Below, one piece after another: positions 16,633-27,415 of a stretch of 64,000 nt of DNA. Made by a program: the position numbers and the translations under genes. Source of the stretch: a virus. The DNA is taken from the IMG/VR virus record IMGVR_UViG_3300023084_000009, positions 30,337 to 94,336 of that record. The stretch is one strand, 5' to 3'. Numbering within the stretch: the stretch's first letter is position 1; each line of letters starts with the position of its first letter. The notes beneath the pieces are model-generated. The model saw only the letters and a list, made by a program, of their open reading frames with translations. It did not search any database and was not told the origin of the DNA.

Positions 16633-17004
16633 TTATATAAGTTTTGGTTCTGGTCCTTCAGGTTTAGGATTATTTTCTTTGACTGCGTCGATAGCAGCAA
16701 TCCAAGCACCATTAGATAAATTACCAGACTTTATATCGTGGTAAAGCATATCCAACTGGTCTTTAACATGTGGATACTCTTTCTCACGAGTTCTCTCATA
16801 GAGATAGTAGTTATAAATTTCTACTTCTCTTACAATTTCGGCTTCAACTTCTTCCCAAGTGGGTGGTTCTCTACCTTCATCATCTTCCCACCCAACAAAG
16901 GTGGTATTTGATAAGTCCCAACGGGCACCTGGACGAAGTGTATTGATAGCGGTATCTACACCAGGAACTGGGTACTCGATACCCTTAAACTTTCTGTAAG
17001 CCAT
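16633..17004 (-). CDS. Tail fibre assembly/chaperone-like protein
   Basis: AI..LRPGA.W, PPT.EE, R..EYP...DQLDMLY.D, I.AVK...PKP. Confidence 0.6.
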   Translation of the reverse strand: MAYRKFKGIEYPVPGVDTAINTLRPGARWDLSNTTFVGWEDDEGREPPTWEEVEAEIVREVEIYNYYLYERTREKEYPHVKDQLDMLYHDIKSGNLSNGAWIAAIDAVKENNPKPEGPEPKLI

Positions 17005-17071
17005 ATAATCAAATAAGTGATATACGATGTTATTTAGATCGTAAATAAATACCGTAGTTATATCAAATACT

Positions 17072-18241
17072 TTGAAAATAGTAATTGTTGGTGCGGGTAA
17101 TGCTGGGTGTCTTACGGCATTACATTATGCTTGGCATACAAGAAAAGATGAATCTATAGAAATAGAATTAAGATATAATCCAAACATTCCCACAGAAAAA
17201 GTAGGACAGGCAACAGTACAAGAACCACCGAAACTTCTATGGGCAGCAACAGGATTTGATTGGTACAGCAATCCAATTCATGCAACGTTTAAAACTGGAA
17301 TACTGTATGAGAATTGGGGAAAGAAGCATGAAAACTGGTTCCACCCATTCTCTGCGGACCAAATGGCAATGCACTATTGTCCAAAAGAGATGCAAGATTA
17401 TGTGCTAGGTTGTGGTCTATTCAAAGTCGTAGAAGATGATGTAAAAGATATATCAAACATTGATGCTGATTACATCTTTGATTGTAGGGGAAAACCAGAA
17501 GATTACGCCGAGTATGATCTTCTTAATCACCCAATCAATTCATGTATTCTCGCAAAACCAAATTGGGACACTGAGAAAGTTTCTTGGAGTCGACATGTGG
17601 CAACTCCAGATGGATGGACATTTGTAATTCCAACGGTTAAGGAGTCACCATCAAATCCATACTGCGTTGGATATTCTTATAATGACAAGATAACTTCAAA
17701 AGAAGAAGCAGAAAAGAATATGTTGGATTTGTTTGATGTAGAGATAACCAAGCATGTATCCTTTAAGAATTACATCGCTAAAAATCCAGTTATAGATGAA
17801 AGAATTATCTTGAATGGAAATAAATTCTTCTTCTTTGAACCACTAGAGTCAACATCAGTTCAAAGTTATCTTGTATGGGCTAGAAAAGTTTATGATGTAA
17901 TCATTGATAAGAAAACTACCTGGCAGAAAGCAACAGAAGATATGATGAATTACTTAGATGAAACCAGAAACTTTATTCTCTGGCACTATCACTTTGGTTC
18001 AAAGTATGATACTCCTTTCTGGGACTATGCCAAGACAATAACATTCAAAGATAAAAAGTTTGGTGCAATCTTAGAGTACATAAAGACAACAAACCACCAT
18101 GACATTCTACCAGAAAGTTATGGTGGTTCGACCTATGATAGTTCAAAGTATTCTCAGTGTTATCTATGGAGTCTTAAGAACTGGTATGATGGTATGACTA
18201 TGCGTCAGGATCATCCTCATCAGGTGGCTCTGTTAAAATGA
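17072..18241 (+). CDS. Flavin-dependent (tryptophan halogenase-like) enzyme
   Basis: GAGNAG FAD motif, ATFKTGI (catalytic Lys context), FDCRG, GWTFVIP, FEPLES, FW; TTG start. Confidence 0.82.
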   Translation: MKIVIVGAGNAGCLTALHYAWHTRKDESIEIELRYNPNIPTEKVGQATVQEPPKLLWAATGFDWYSNPIHATFKTGILYENWGKKHENWFHPFSADQMAMHYCPKEMQDYVLGCGLFKVVEDDVKDISNIDADYIFDCRGKPEDYAEYDLLNHPINSCILAKPNWDTEKVSWSRHVATPDGWTFVIPTVKESPSNPYCVGYSYNDKITSKEEAEKNMLDLFDVEITKHVSFKNYIAKNPVIDERIILNGNKFFFFEPLESTSVQSYLVWARKVYDVIIDKKTTWQKATEDMMNYLDETRNFILWHYHFGSKYDTPFWDYAKTITFKDKKFGAILEYIKTTNHHDILPESYGGSTYDSSKYSQCYLWSLKNWYDGMTMRQDHPHQVALLK

Positions 18242-18674
18242 ATTCAGCATACTCCTCTGCGGTTTTCCAAAGGATCCAAGTCTGTGTTGCTTCGTCCCAA
18301 TCATATTGCCCACCATCAGTTGGATATGGTAGTGGTGGTTCCCAATCACAGGTATCCTCATTCAAAGTCCATGTATCAAAAGGTTTTGGTGGAATGAAAG
18401 CATCTCTATCTGGATCATAGGTCCCACCAATTACAGCATAATTTTTTCTTAAAGGTTGTTTTGCCGTACTTGGTTCTAAATCTTGATTAAGATATACACC
18501 TTGTCTGGTATTATAAGATGTTTGAACCCAAGTCAAATGTCCAGTATTGTTTATCAATCTTTGGATCGCGTTCTCTTCACTACGATTTCCTTCTCCATCT
18601 TCAAAAAAAGACTCATCAACAACGACAATATTTTTAACGACGTTGTTTAATCCTATTTGAGCAAAGTGTGCCAT
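18198..18674 (-). CDS. Tail fibre assembly-like protein
   Basis: MAHFAQI, W.QTSYN, RKNYA.IG.TYD...DAFIPP.P...W, W.PP.PYP. Confidence 0.65.
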   Translation of the reverse strand: MAHFAQIGLNNVVKNIVVVDESFFEDGEGNRSEENAIQRLINNTGHLTWVQTSYNTRQGVYLNQDLEPSTAKQPLRKNYAVIGGTYDPDRDAFIPPKPFDTWTLNEDTCDWEPPLPYPTDGGQYDWDEATQTWILWKTAEEYAEFILTEPPDEDDPDA

Positions 18675-18678
18675 GTGA

Positions 18679-19215
18679 TTATGAAAATTTGTTTTTTACA
18701 TATTCAGTAGAAATATAAAGATTTCCACTTACTATTATTCTTTCTTTATTTATTTTATGTTGGGGCACTCTATGTTCAAGTAGAGATGGAAATATTAGAA
18801 TATCCCCTTCTTTTGGGTGAAATTCAAACTCATTGAACACTAGTGGTGCAGATCCCTCTGGACAACGAACATAATATACAAAGGAATATGTTGCTGGAAA
18901 ATGATGATGCGTTAAAGCATATTCATTTTCTCTGTAGATTAAACCCCATATATTACCAACCTCCCAGGAACCACGCCATAGTTCATTAAAGTTTCCATGA
19001 TCATTTAAGCACGCAATAATATAGTCCATCAGTTTTTTAAATGATGGTGTTCTCATATTAAAAGAAGTCATGTAACATCTACATGAAGTGTTCTTGTTTT
19101 GAACATCTCCACTACTTCTTATATCTTTTTCTAGTTCATCATTCAATTTCTCAAAGTAGGGATATTTAAACTCATATATCCCTACTTTTTGATTTACTTC
19201 AATTAAGTGCTCCAT
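18679..19215 (-). CDS. 2OG-Fe(II) oxygenase (TIGR02466-like)
   Basis: HHH...SFVYY, P.EG.ILIFPS.L.H.V, R...SGN; TGATG overlap with the upstream gene. Confidence 0.8.
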   Translation of the reverse strand: MEHLIEVNQKVGIYEFKYPYFEKLNDELEKDIRSSGDVQNKNTSCRCYMTSFNMRTPSFKKLMDYIIACLNDHGNFNELWRGSWEVGNIWGLIYRENEYALTHHHFPATYSFVYYVRCPEGSAPLVFNEFEFHPKEGDILIFPSLLEHRVPQHKINKERIIVSGNLYISTEYVKNKFS

Positions 19216-20219
19216 CAACCGGAAAGATATCTAACAATAACAATTCCAGATCCACCATTACCACCACCTGAGTTTGGTCCTACGGTTCCACCGCCGCCAC
19301 CACCTCTATTTGCTAGACCACTTCTTGGGGATTTACCTGGTCTTCTACCTCCACCATATCCAATTCCATTAGTCGGAACTTCTGGATCTGGTCTACCATT
19401 TCCTGGTTCTCCACCACCAGCATAACCAACAGAAGATCCAGAAATACTATAAGTTAATCCTCGACCAGAAGTGGAAGCATTCCATCCAACGGTTCCAGTT
19501 GGTCCTCCTTGTCCGGCACCACCACCACCGCCACCACCATATCCAGGTGCTCTCCATCCAGGATGTCCCCATCCAGAACCAGGAGAATTAGAACCATCGG
19601 TTCCTCCAGTGGAAGAGTTGGTTGAACCGCCGTTTTGTGGTCCAGGGTCAGCCCATCCACCACCACCACCTGAACCGCCACTCTGACCGCCGCCAGCAGA
19701 TGGTCCTTGCATACCAATTCCACCACCACCGCCGCCAGGGGAGGTAATAGGACCGAATGTAGTGGTCCCTCCACCACCACCATTTGCTGAACCAGCACCA
19801 CCAATGCTTACTGCATAACTTCCAACAGATACTGCAAAACTATTTGAATAATATAATCTTCCAGCACCACCTGCTCCTCCACCACCTAGTGTTCCGGGAG
19901 GAGCAGATCTATGCCCAGCACCGCCGCCACCAAGAACTAAAACTTCAACAGATCCAGCACCTGCGGAAGTAACCTGAAATGTATCTGGACCAGAAGTAAA
20001 TGTATGAATTTTATATCCACCAGAAGTTGTTACTGTTCCACCAGATGCTTGTAGTGTTCCTTGGTCACCAATTGCCTGCCAAGCTGATCCAGTATAGATT
20101 TCAACATTTCCACTGGTCGTATTATAAACAACCATTCCAGTGGTAGCACTTAAGGAATTTCTCTGTGAAGTAGTTACAGAACTAATTTCAATATTATTTG
20201 AATTTAATCTGGTTGCCAT
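19215..20219 (-). CDS. Glycine-rich virion protein (adhesin-like)
   Basis: G..VYNTT....E.Y.G..W N-terminus, HTFTS, GGGG.G runs, GGSGIVIVRY end. Confidence 0.75.
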   Translation of the reverse strand: MATRLNSNNIEISSVTTSQRNSLSATTGMVVYNTTSGNVEIYTGSAWQAIGDQGTLQASGGTVTTSGGYKIHTFTSGPDTFQVTSAGAGSVEVLVLGGGGAGHRSAPPGTLGGGGAGGAGRLYYSNSFAVSVGSYAVSIGGAGSANGGGGGTTTFGPITSPGGGGGGIGMQGPSAGGGQSGGSGGGGGWADPGPQNGGSTNSSTGGTDGSNSPGSGWGHPGWRAPGYGGGGGGGAGQGGPTGTVGWNASTSGRGLTYSISGSSVGYAGGGEPGNGRPDPEVPTNGIGYGGGRRPGKSPRSGLANRGGGGGGTVGPNSGGGNGGSGIVIVRYLSG

Positions 20220-20220
20220 A

Positions 20221-22977
20221 TCAATTATTACCTTTAAGATTATTTATTTCTTCTTTAAGTAAATAAATTTCAGATCTAAGTTCTTTAATTGCTTCAACTA
20301 AAAGAGCAACAAAGTTTTGATACGCAACTGACTTTGGATCATCACCAAATACAAGTTCAGGAATAATATTTTCAACCTCTTGTGCAATAAATCCAAGAGA
20401 ATGTTGTCCATTTTCTTTATAATCAAACTCAACACCCCTTAATTTACAAACTTTTTCAAGAGCATCTGCAATAGTTGTAATGTTAATTTTGAGTTTAATA
20501 TCAGAATTGGATGTTACTGATCCAGCACAAGTTAAGTTTGTTCCATCAAAAGTTAGATTACTAGAAGTAGTTGCTACGTTAGATCCATTTTTGTAAAGAA
20601 CTTGGTTTGCTGATCCAGCAACTGGTCCAGGTATGCCTTGAATACCCTGAACACCTTGAGTACCATAAGTGCCTTGAGTACCAGTGATTCCCTGAGTTCC
20701 ATTAGTACCTTGAGCACCTGTAATTCCTTGAATACCCTGAGTTCCTTGAGTACCCTGAGTTCCTTGAGTACCCTGAGTTCCTTGAGTACCCTGAGTTCCT
20801 TGAGTACCCTGAGTTCCATTAGTACCCTGAGTTCCATTAGTACCCTGAGTTCCTTGAGTACCCTGAGTTCCTTGAGTACCCTGAGTTCCATTAGTACCCT
20901 GAGTTCCTTGAGTACCTTGAATACCTTGGATGCCCTGAGTACCTGTAATTCCTTGAATACCCTGAGTTCCTTGAATACCTTGAGTGCCTTGAACACCCTG
21001 AAGAGCAGCATTGGAAATAGTTGCCTTCTTTAAGTCTCCAACATCAGCATCATAAAGAAGAATATAATCGCTACCAGATGGTTGTCCAGAAGTTAGTTCA
21101 GCGCGATTACTAATAACTCCAGCACCAACAGTAGTCAGAGAAGAATTGGTAACTCCTGCTCCAAGAGTGGTCGCTGAAAGAACATCAGCACTGTTAATCT
21201 TATAAGTTCCACCAGTATATACATCTATTCCTCCAGAAACAACATCTACTCCAGATTGGAATGTAGATACACCAACTACATTTAGACCACCATCTGTGAT
21301 TCTAAGACCAGAACGAGCGGTAGAAATATAAACCGCATCAACGTTAGTAACGTCTTCATAAACTAATGTACCAAGAACGGTAAGATCTCCACTAACTTCT
21401 GCATTACCAGTAATACTTACACCACCAGAAGTGGTCTCAAATTTCTTATCACCGAAAGCATAGTATAACTCTACACCTGCATTATCAATAAACTTTGCTA
21501 TAGGTTGATTTCCACCAGTTCTAATTTCGGTAGAATTACTTTTTATCCATAAAGCACTACTAGCGCCAGTTTCCTGAATATAACTTGTACTCCCATCACT
21601 AAAGATTTCTAAATCTACACCATCACCAAATCTCAGTTTATCATTATCACCAAGATTTACATTACCTTGGAATGTGGCGATACCAGCAACTTCTAATTGA
21701 TTAAATGATGCTGTTGTGGTATGAATTGTTACTCCAGATCCAACACTAATTGTATTAGTATCTCCATTAAGAGTAACCGAAGATGAACCAACAGTAAGAA
21801 CACCAACGATACGAGCATCACCAGCAATACTTAGATCATTACCAACAAAAAGATTATCTTGTGTGGTAACAATGCCAACGAATGTAGAAACACCAGAGAC
21901 ATTCAGTTGATCAGTATCTGTTGTTCCTGTTACATCAATACCAGTAGACTTGGTAGCAAACTTCTGAATGCCATAATGGGAAAGAATAACCTCACCAGTA
22001 AGACCATTTGCATGGATGTATCCAGTCGTGCCTGAACCTGAACCATTGTCGGCAGAAATATAGATACCCTTGTCAGCAGCGGCATTTCTAATTATTAAGT
22101 GATCAGTAGTGTTGATAATGTAACTGCTAGTATTATGATAAATCTGTAAGTCTTGACCAGCACCAAATATTATCTTATCATCATCACCAAGATCTACATT
22201 ACCTTGGAATGTAGAGACACCAGAAACATTCAGTTGGTCAGTCTGGATCGTTCCAGTTACGTCAATACCATAGTTTTGCGTTTTAAGTTTTTCGTTCTCG
22301 TCTTGATAAAGTGAAATGTATTTACCAACCTGCTCACCATCATCAAATACAGAACTTGGCCACGTTTTTAAATATCTGGTTCCACCATTGTCTGCAATGT
22401 CGATATAATCACTACCACTACTTCCAGATCTTATCGACAAAGGAGTCCCACTTTGCGCCTGAATGTAATTTCTGCCTGGAGAACCAGATTGGTGCCGAAT
22501 GTATAAATCATAGCTAGCACCAAAATAAAGTGAATCATTATCACCAAAATATGCATCACCTTGGAATGTAGAAACTCCTACTACATCTAATCCACCACCA
22601 GTGATTCTTAGACCAGATCTTGCCGTAGCGATACCAACAGAATCAACATTAACTACGTCCTCATAAGTAAGAGTTCCACCAACCGTTACATCACCACTGA
22701 ATGATGCACTAGTAGCAGTAAGAACACCAGATATTCTTACATTATCCAGTTCTGTATGCCCATCTACATCTAGATCACCAGAAGCACTTAAATTTCTTGT
22801 AGTAATATCTTCTCCAACTGATCCTCCACCTTCAACATTAAGTGTTGATGCATGGAGAGTACCTCCAACATAAAGATCGTTTTGGAACGTACCAACTCCA
22901 ACAAATGTGGATATTCCAGCGTCTACGATATTTCTACTATCATCAACAATAGTAGAATTAGAAATCTTAATTGCCAT
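20221..22977 (-). CDS. Tail fibre with collagen-like segment and C-terminal S74 chaperone domain
   Basis: GVSTF repeats, G-T-Q triplets, SD..LK.NI, GFIAQEVE...PELV. Confidence 0.82.
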   Translation of the reverse strand: MAIKISNSTIVDDSRNIVDAGISTFVGVGTFQNDLYVGGTLHASTLNVEGGGSVGEDITTRNLSASGDLDVDGHTELDNVRISGVLTATSASFSGDVTVGGTLTYEDVVNVDSVGIATARSGLRITGGGLDVVGVSTFQGDAYFGDNDSLYFGASYDLYIRHQSGSPGRNYIQAQSGTPLSIRSGSSGSDYIDIADNGGTRYLKTWPSSVFDDGEQVGKYISLYQDENEKLKTQNYGIDVTGTIQTDQLNVSGVSTFQGNVDLGDDDKIIFGAGQDLQIYHNTSSYIINTTDHLIIRNAAADKGIYISADNGSGSGTTGYIHANGLTGEVILSHYGIQKFATKSTGIDVTGTTDTDQLNVSGVSTFVGIVTTQDNLFVGNDLSIAGDARIVGVLTVGSSSVTLNGDTNTISVGSGVTIHTTTASFNQLEVAGIATFQGNVNLGDNDKLRFGDGVDLEIFSDGSTSYIQETGASSALWIKSNSTEIRTGGNQPIAKFIDNAGVELYYAFGDKKFETTSGGVSITGNAEVSGDLTVLGTLVYEDVTNVDAVYISTARSGLRITDGGLNVVGVSTFQSGVDVVSGGIDVYTGGTYKINSADVLSATTLGAGVTNSSLTTVGAGVISNRAELTSGQPSGSDYILLYDADVGDLKKATISNAALQGVQGTQGIQGTQGIQGITGTQGIQGIQGTQGTQGTNGTQGTQGTQGTQGTQGTNGTQGTNGTQGTQGTQGTQGTQGTQGTQGTQGTQGIQGITGAQGTNGTQGITGTQGTYGTQGVQGIQGIPGPVAGSANQVLYKNGSNVATTSSNLTFDGTNLTCAGSVTSNSDIKLKINITTIADALEKVCKLRGVEFDYKENGQHSLGFIAQEVENIIPELVFGDDPKSVAYQNFVALLVEAIKELRSEIYLLKEEINNLKGNN
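20633..21000 (-). repeat. Collagen-like G-X-Q repeat (9/18-nt units)
   Basis: Repeated ccctgagttccttgagta units. Confidence 0.9.
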
Positions 22978-23021
22978 CTACCGTCCTCGTTTGCACTAGG
23001 TAGTTTTTAGTATTTAGGAAA

Positions 23022-26000
23022 TCACTCCAGTGCAGATATTCTTTGTTCGAGTTCTTCTATCTTTTGTTGTTGTTCTTTTACAACTTCAATCAAAAGACCC
23101 ACTAAACCATTGTAATTTACACCCTTCTTAGTATCACCATAAACCAATCGTGGCATCACTGCTTCAACTTCCTGTGCTATGATACCAGCAGAAGGTAATC
23201 CACCTTGGGATTCTATCCAATCAAAGGTAACTCCACGAATCTGAGAAACTTTTCCGATTGGATCATCAATTACTGCAATATTTTCTTTGAATCTTTCATC
23301 TGAAGTGGTATTGAAGTCTGCTGCTTGTACTGTTCCTTGAGCAAAAATAGTTCCAACAAAAGTAGAAACTCCAGTAACATTTACCTGGTTAGTAAATGTA
23401 GTTCCAACAACTGTTACTCCATACCCTGTGGTTTCAAGTTTCTTAGAACCATTATAGAAGAGTCTTACAGTTCTTCCAGATCCATCATTAAGTGCTTCAA
23501 CCCAATTCTCATTTGATTGTGATGGGTTTTGAAGTTTTAAATCTTGACCACGGAGAAGTAGTGTTCCTGTAGAACTATCTTCATGAAGAATGAGGTTATC
23601 AGTGTCAGAATATAACCACCCATCATTATCATTTCCAAAATAAATTCTATTGTTATCACCAAAGTATGCGTTATCATTAAAGGTTGAAACTCCAGTTACC
23701 TCAAATCCACCACCAGTAATTCTTAATCCAGATCTGGCAGTGGCAATACCAATAGAGTCTTGATTGGTAACGTTCTCATAAGTAAGGTCGCCAAGAACTG
23801 TTACGTTTCCACTGAACTCAGCACTAGTGGCAGTGAGAATACCAGAGATATTAACATTATCAAGTTCAGCATGTCCAGTGATGTCAACACCACCTACTGT
23901 GGTTTCAAATTTCTTGGAGTTGTTGTAGTAGAGTGATACCTCAGCATTTTGATTTGCCTCTATTGCCAGTTCATTAGAGTTTGATCTTATATGAACACTA
24001 CTTCCATCTAAGTATAGTCTTCCTGTTCCAATCTCTCTAATAAAACTATGACCTCCACCATGGTAAATCTGTAAATCATCACCATCACCAAAATACAATC
24101 TATCATCATCACCAAGATATACATTATCTTGGAATGTAGAAATACCAGAAACAGTAAGATTTCCTCCATTAACATCTAAACTTCCATTGATAATTGTCTT
24201 ATTAGATGCTGCAGGATCAATGTTAATGTTACCAGTAGTTGAAGAGAATGTATTAGCAGCAAGTTGAAGGTTACCAACAGTTAAACTTGTTGGAGTAATG
24301 AGAGTTTGATTCGAAACTCCATCAGTAACAACCAGGTTTCCAACATTCTCTAGGTCGTAAGATGTAGAGGCAAAACTTACTTGCCCAGTTTCTTGATTGA
24401 TATAAAGAGAATCGCCAACTCTAAAGTCTCCAGATTGATCAATACTTACAAAAGAAACTTGACCACTGTTAAGTTCAACTACTTCATTAGACTGTACTAC
24501 AAGTGTTGCGTCATTGGTAAAATCTTTACCTGTTCCAACATGATTAAAGTTAGTAGCAAATAGTCTTAACTGAACACCAACCCCATCTGCAACAACACCT
24601 TGAGATCCATATTCAACGGCACAACCGACTGAACGCATCTCAGCACCAAACATAGTATAGTCGGCAAGAGTAATAGCACTAGCAATACCAGTTTGAGTTA
24701 CGCCATCAGATTGGAAGAACCTAACATCCTGTGTGGTTCCAATACCAACCGATGTAAATGTACCATATCCTTTACCACTAATTCTAGCGTAATCAGTATT
24801 ATAATTAGTGATCGTACCAACAGCAACTACTGAACCACCAGAGTCATAAAGTTTAACAACATCATTAACTGATGGTGTTACTCCAGGAGTTCTAAACTTA
24901 AGTCTTGTTTCAGCAGTACCTGCAATACCAACCGTACCACCAAGACCAACAATTGCCTGAGAAGCAAAGTAGTGGAAGCAGTTTAGGTATTCTGCACGAG
25001 CACCATTTGTTAGGATGATACCTTTGTTGTTTGGTGTAAAGAATGTTACTTCATTGAAAAGCATTCCTGCTTCTAATGAATTACTTGCTACCTTAGATCC
25101 ATCAACTAACGCACCTCTACCTGCCAGGTATGTTGTTGGTGGATTATCAGGAGTATCATATCCATATGGATCACTTGTAGTTACTGTAGATCCAGTATTA
25201 AGAACAGTTACTCTCTGGATATAAGGACTTCTAGTCGTGATTGCGATACCAGTTGCATATGCGAAAGCATATCCTGTATCGGTAGAAGAATTATAGAAAG
25301 AATCTTTAATAGTAAAGTCTTCTAATGTAGAGATATCATTTAGTTCAAATACATTATTAGTCTTTGTAGCATCTGAAGGTTTAATTGTTGTTGCTCTTAA
25401 ACCAGCACCCTTAACAGTTACTCCTCTAGGAACTGTAAGAGGGCAAGTTTCCTCATAAGTACCAGCAGAAATGTTGATTATGTCACCATTCGTAACAACA
25501 CTCAGTGCCTGTGCAATGGTGAGATATGGTTCATTAATATTATCACCAGAATTCGAGTCGCTACCAGTTGTAGCAACATAGTAAGTCTTTCCAAGTGCAT
25601 TAAGATCACCATCAAATCTGGTTGCCGTTGCGACGCCAGATACATTCAATGCATCAAGTTCAGTGTGTCCATCAACATCTAGTTCAAATGCAGTAACAAT
25701 ACCACTAATATTAACGTTATCAAGTTCAGTATGCCCATCAACATCAATTGTATCAACACCATTGTTAAAAGTAGCAACTCCAACTACATCCAATCCACCA
25801 CCAGTGACTCTGAGACCAGAACGAGCGGTGGCAATACCAACAGAATCTACATTGGTTACGTCCTCATACTTAAGGACACCACCAACAGTTACATCACCAC
25901 TAAATGATGCTGTGGTTCCTGAAATCTGACTAGCAAAGGTAGAAATACCATTTGTATATAAGTTTCTAGTTACAATATCATCACCAATCGAAGCTCCTCC

Positions 26001-26777
26001 ACCACCAGATCCAGCAGTAAGAGATCCAGCAATAAAAAGATCACTTTGGAAAGTTCCAACTCCAGCAACTGTAAAACCGCCATCAAAATATGAAGATGTT
26101 TGAGTAATTGTTACTCCAGATCCAATATGAACACTGTTATTATCTCCATCAATAACTACAGAAGAAGATCCAACAGTCAATATGCCAGTAATCCTAGCAT
26201 CACCATGTACATCTAATGCATAAATTGAACTTGCTGTTGTTGTTGAAACACCAAGATTTGCCGTAGTGCTAATACCATTAACACCTGATACCCAATATCT
26301 ACTACCCTGAACCCCTTGAATACCTTGAATGCCTTGAGTACCCTGAACCCCTTGAACACCCTGAACGCCGGTGGTTCCTTGAGGTCCAGCAGATTCAAAG
26401 GTAACTACATCTACAATATCTCCAGCAACTAATGCAGAATTTAGAATTAAAGTATTACCAGCAGAAGTTGTGTATTCTGTCGTGGTTAAGTGGACGCCAT
26501 TAACAAAGACATCCATAGAACCAATCAGTGCATAATTTACACTGAAGTTGGTTTGTCCTTCTGTTGCTACAAATCTATATTCATCCCTATCAAAGTTAGA
26601 ACCTTGAATACCTTGAATACCCTGAACACCTTGAACTCCTTGTGTTCCTTGAGTACCTTGAGGTCCTAGTTGGCCAAGTCTTTTCCAGGATGACCCATTC
26701 CACTGCCATCTATTGCCATTGGCAACGTAAATGTCATTTATAGATGGACTTAACGGAAAATCTAGTGCTGCTGCCAT
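23022..26777 (-). CDS. Tail fibre protein with beta-helix-like domain and C-terminal S74 chaperone
   Basis: YYVATTGSD.NSG, SD.RFK.NI, GIIAQEVE, short collagen segments. Confidence 0.82.
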   Translation of the reverse strand: MAAALDFPLSPSINDIYVANGNRWQWNGSSWKRLGQLGPQGTQGTQGVQGVQGIQGIQGSNFDRDEYRFVATEGQTNFSVNYALIGSMDVFVNGVHLTTTEYTTSAGNTLILNSALVAGDIVDVVTFESAGPQGTTGVQGVQGVQGTQGIQGIQGVQGSRYWVSGVNGISTTANLGVSTTTASSIYALDVHGDARITGILTVGSSSVVIDGDNNSVHIGSGVTITQTSSYFDGGFTVAGVGTFQSDLFIAGSLTAGSGGGGASIGDDIVTRNLYTNGISTFASQISGTTASFSGDVTVGGVLKYEDVTNVDSVGIATARSGLRVTGGGLDVVGVATFNNGVDTIDVDGHTELDNVNISGIVTAFELDVDGHTELDALNVSGVATATRFDGDLNALGKTYYVATTGSDSNSGDNINEPYLTIAQALSVVTNGDIINISAGTYEETCPLTVPRGVTVKGAGLRATTIKPSDATKTNNVFELNDISTLEDFTIKDSFYNSSTDTGYAFAYATGIAITTRSPYIQRVTVLNTGSTVTTSDPYGYDTPDNPPTTYLAGRGALVDGSKVASNSLEAGMLFNEVTFFTPNNKGIILTNGARAEYLNCFHYFASQAIVGLGGTVGIAGTAETRLKFRTPGVTPSVNDVVKLYDSGGSVVAVGTITNYNTDYARISGKGYGTFTSVGIGTTQDVRFFQSDGVTQTGIASAITLADYTMFGAEMRSVGCAVEYGSQGVVADGVGVQLRLFATNFNHVGTGKDFTNDATLVVQSNEVVELNSGQVSFVSIDQSGDFRVGDSLYINQETGQVSFASTSYDLENVGNLVVTDGVSNQTLITPTSLTVGNLQLAANTFSSTTGNINIDPAASNKTIINGSLDVNGGNLTVSGISTFQDNVYLGDDDRLYFGDGDDLQIYHGGGHSFIREIGTGRLYLDGSSVHIRSNSNELAIEANQNAEVSLYYNNSKKFETTVGGVDITGHAELDNVNISGILTATSAEFSGNVTVLGDLTYENVTNQDSIGIATARSGLRITGGGFEVTGVSTFNDNAYFGDNNRIYFGNDNDGWLYSDTDNLILHEDSSTGTLLLRGQDLKLQNPSQSNENWVEALNDGSGRTVRLFYNGSKKLETTGYGVTVVGTTFTNQVNVTGVSTFVGTIFAQGTVQAADFNTTSDERFKENIAVIDDPIGKVSQIRGVTFDWIESQGGLPSAGIIAQEVEAVMPRLVYGDTKKGVNYNGLVGLLIEVVKEQQQKIEELEQRISALE

Positions 26778-26838
26778 CAGGGATTATCTCTATTTATTTA
26801 CGATGTGATATTCTATTTTAGTTATTTATGTCAACGAA

Positions 26839-27411
26839 TTACATGCCTAATAATTCTCTAAGATCATTAACAGACAAACCAAGTTTATCCAACTTTCTTT
26901 GCGCTTCTGTCTTATAAACCCACCCTTGAGTATTATCAGATTGGTAAAGTTCTTCATCCCATTCGAAGACTACTCCAGTGGTTTGTACACTACTATCCGT
27001 TAGATAATTTCTGAAGTTACTAGGATATGGAATTGGGGGAATCCAATCATGAGAATTTCTATCGTAAGTCCATGAAGTATACGGTTGTGGTGGAAAAAAC
27101 TTATTATTTTCTCTATCATAAGTGTATCCTGTTACAGCTGTTCTTTCTCTTTCAGATTTCATCTCTTCGGTTAGATCGGGATAAGTATTATCATATCTGA
27201 AAGTTCCATCGAGATTTAAATTTAAATATGATTTAACAGTTTCTGAAGCTGAAATTACCCACTCACCACCATATTTTCTTACACACTCACTTAAACCATA
27301 ATCCAAATCAATTTCATTTGTTTCTGGATTTGTGACATCATTATCATCAAGATGTATAACTCTTTCAACTATATTATTTTCATTTATTGAGGCAAAATAA
27401 TGGTTTGACAT
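26839..27411 (-). CDS. Tail fibre assembly-like protein
   Basis: YFA.I..NN.V.RV, GYTYD....F.PPQPY.SW, W.PPIPYP; paralog of 18198. Confidence 0.6.
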   Translation of the reverse strand: MSNHYFASINENNIVERVIHLDDNDVTNPETNEIDLDYGLSECVRKYGGEWVISASETVKSYLNLNLDGTFRYDNTYPDLTEEMKSERERTAVTGYTYDRENNKFFPPQPYTSWTYDRNSHDWIPPIPYPSNFRNYLTDSSVQTTGVVFEWDEELYQSDNTQGWVYKTEAQRKLDKLGLSVNDLRELLGM

Positions 27412-27415
27412 TTTC

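Noticed and set aside
16462-16719. His-rich 85-aa plus-strand ORF
   Set aside because: Better explained as the antisense of a minus-strand gene remnant; it also overlaps the 16633 gene
20574-21033. ELRVLK and STLSSL repeat ORFs (also near 30.8, 34.8, 35.8 and 47.4 kb)
   Set aside because: Alternative frames and strands of collagen-coding repeats
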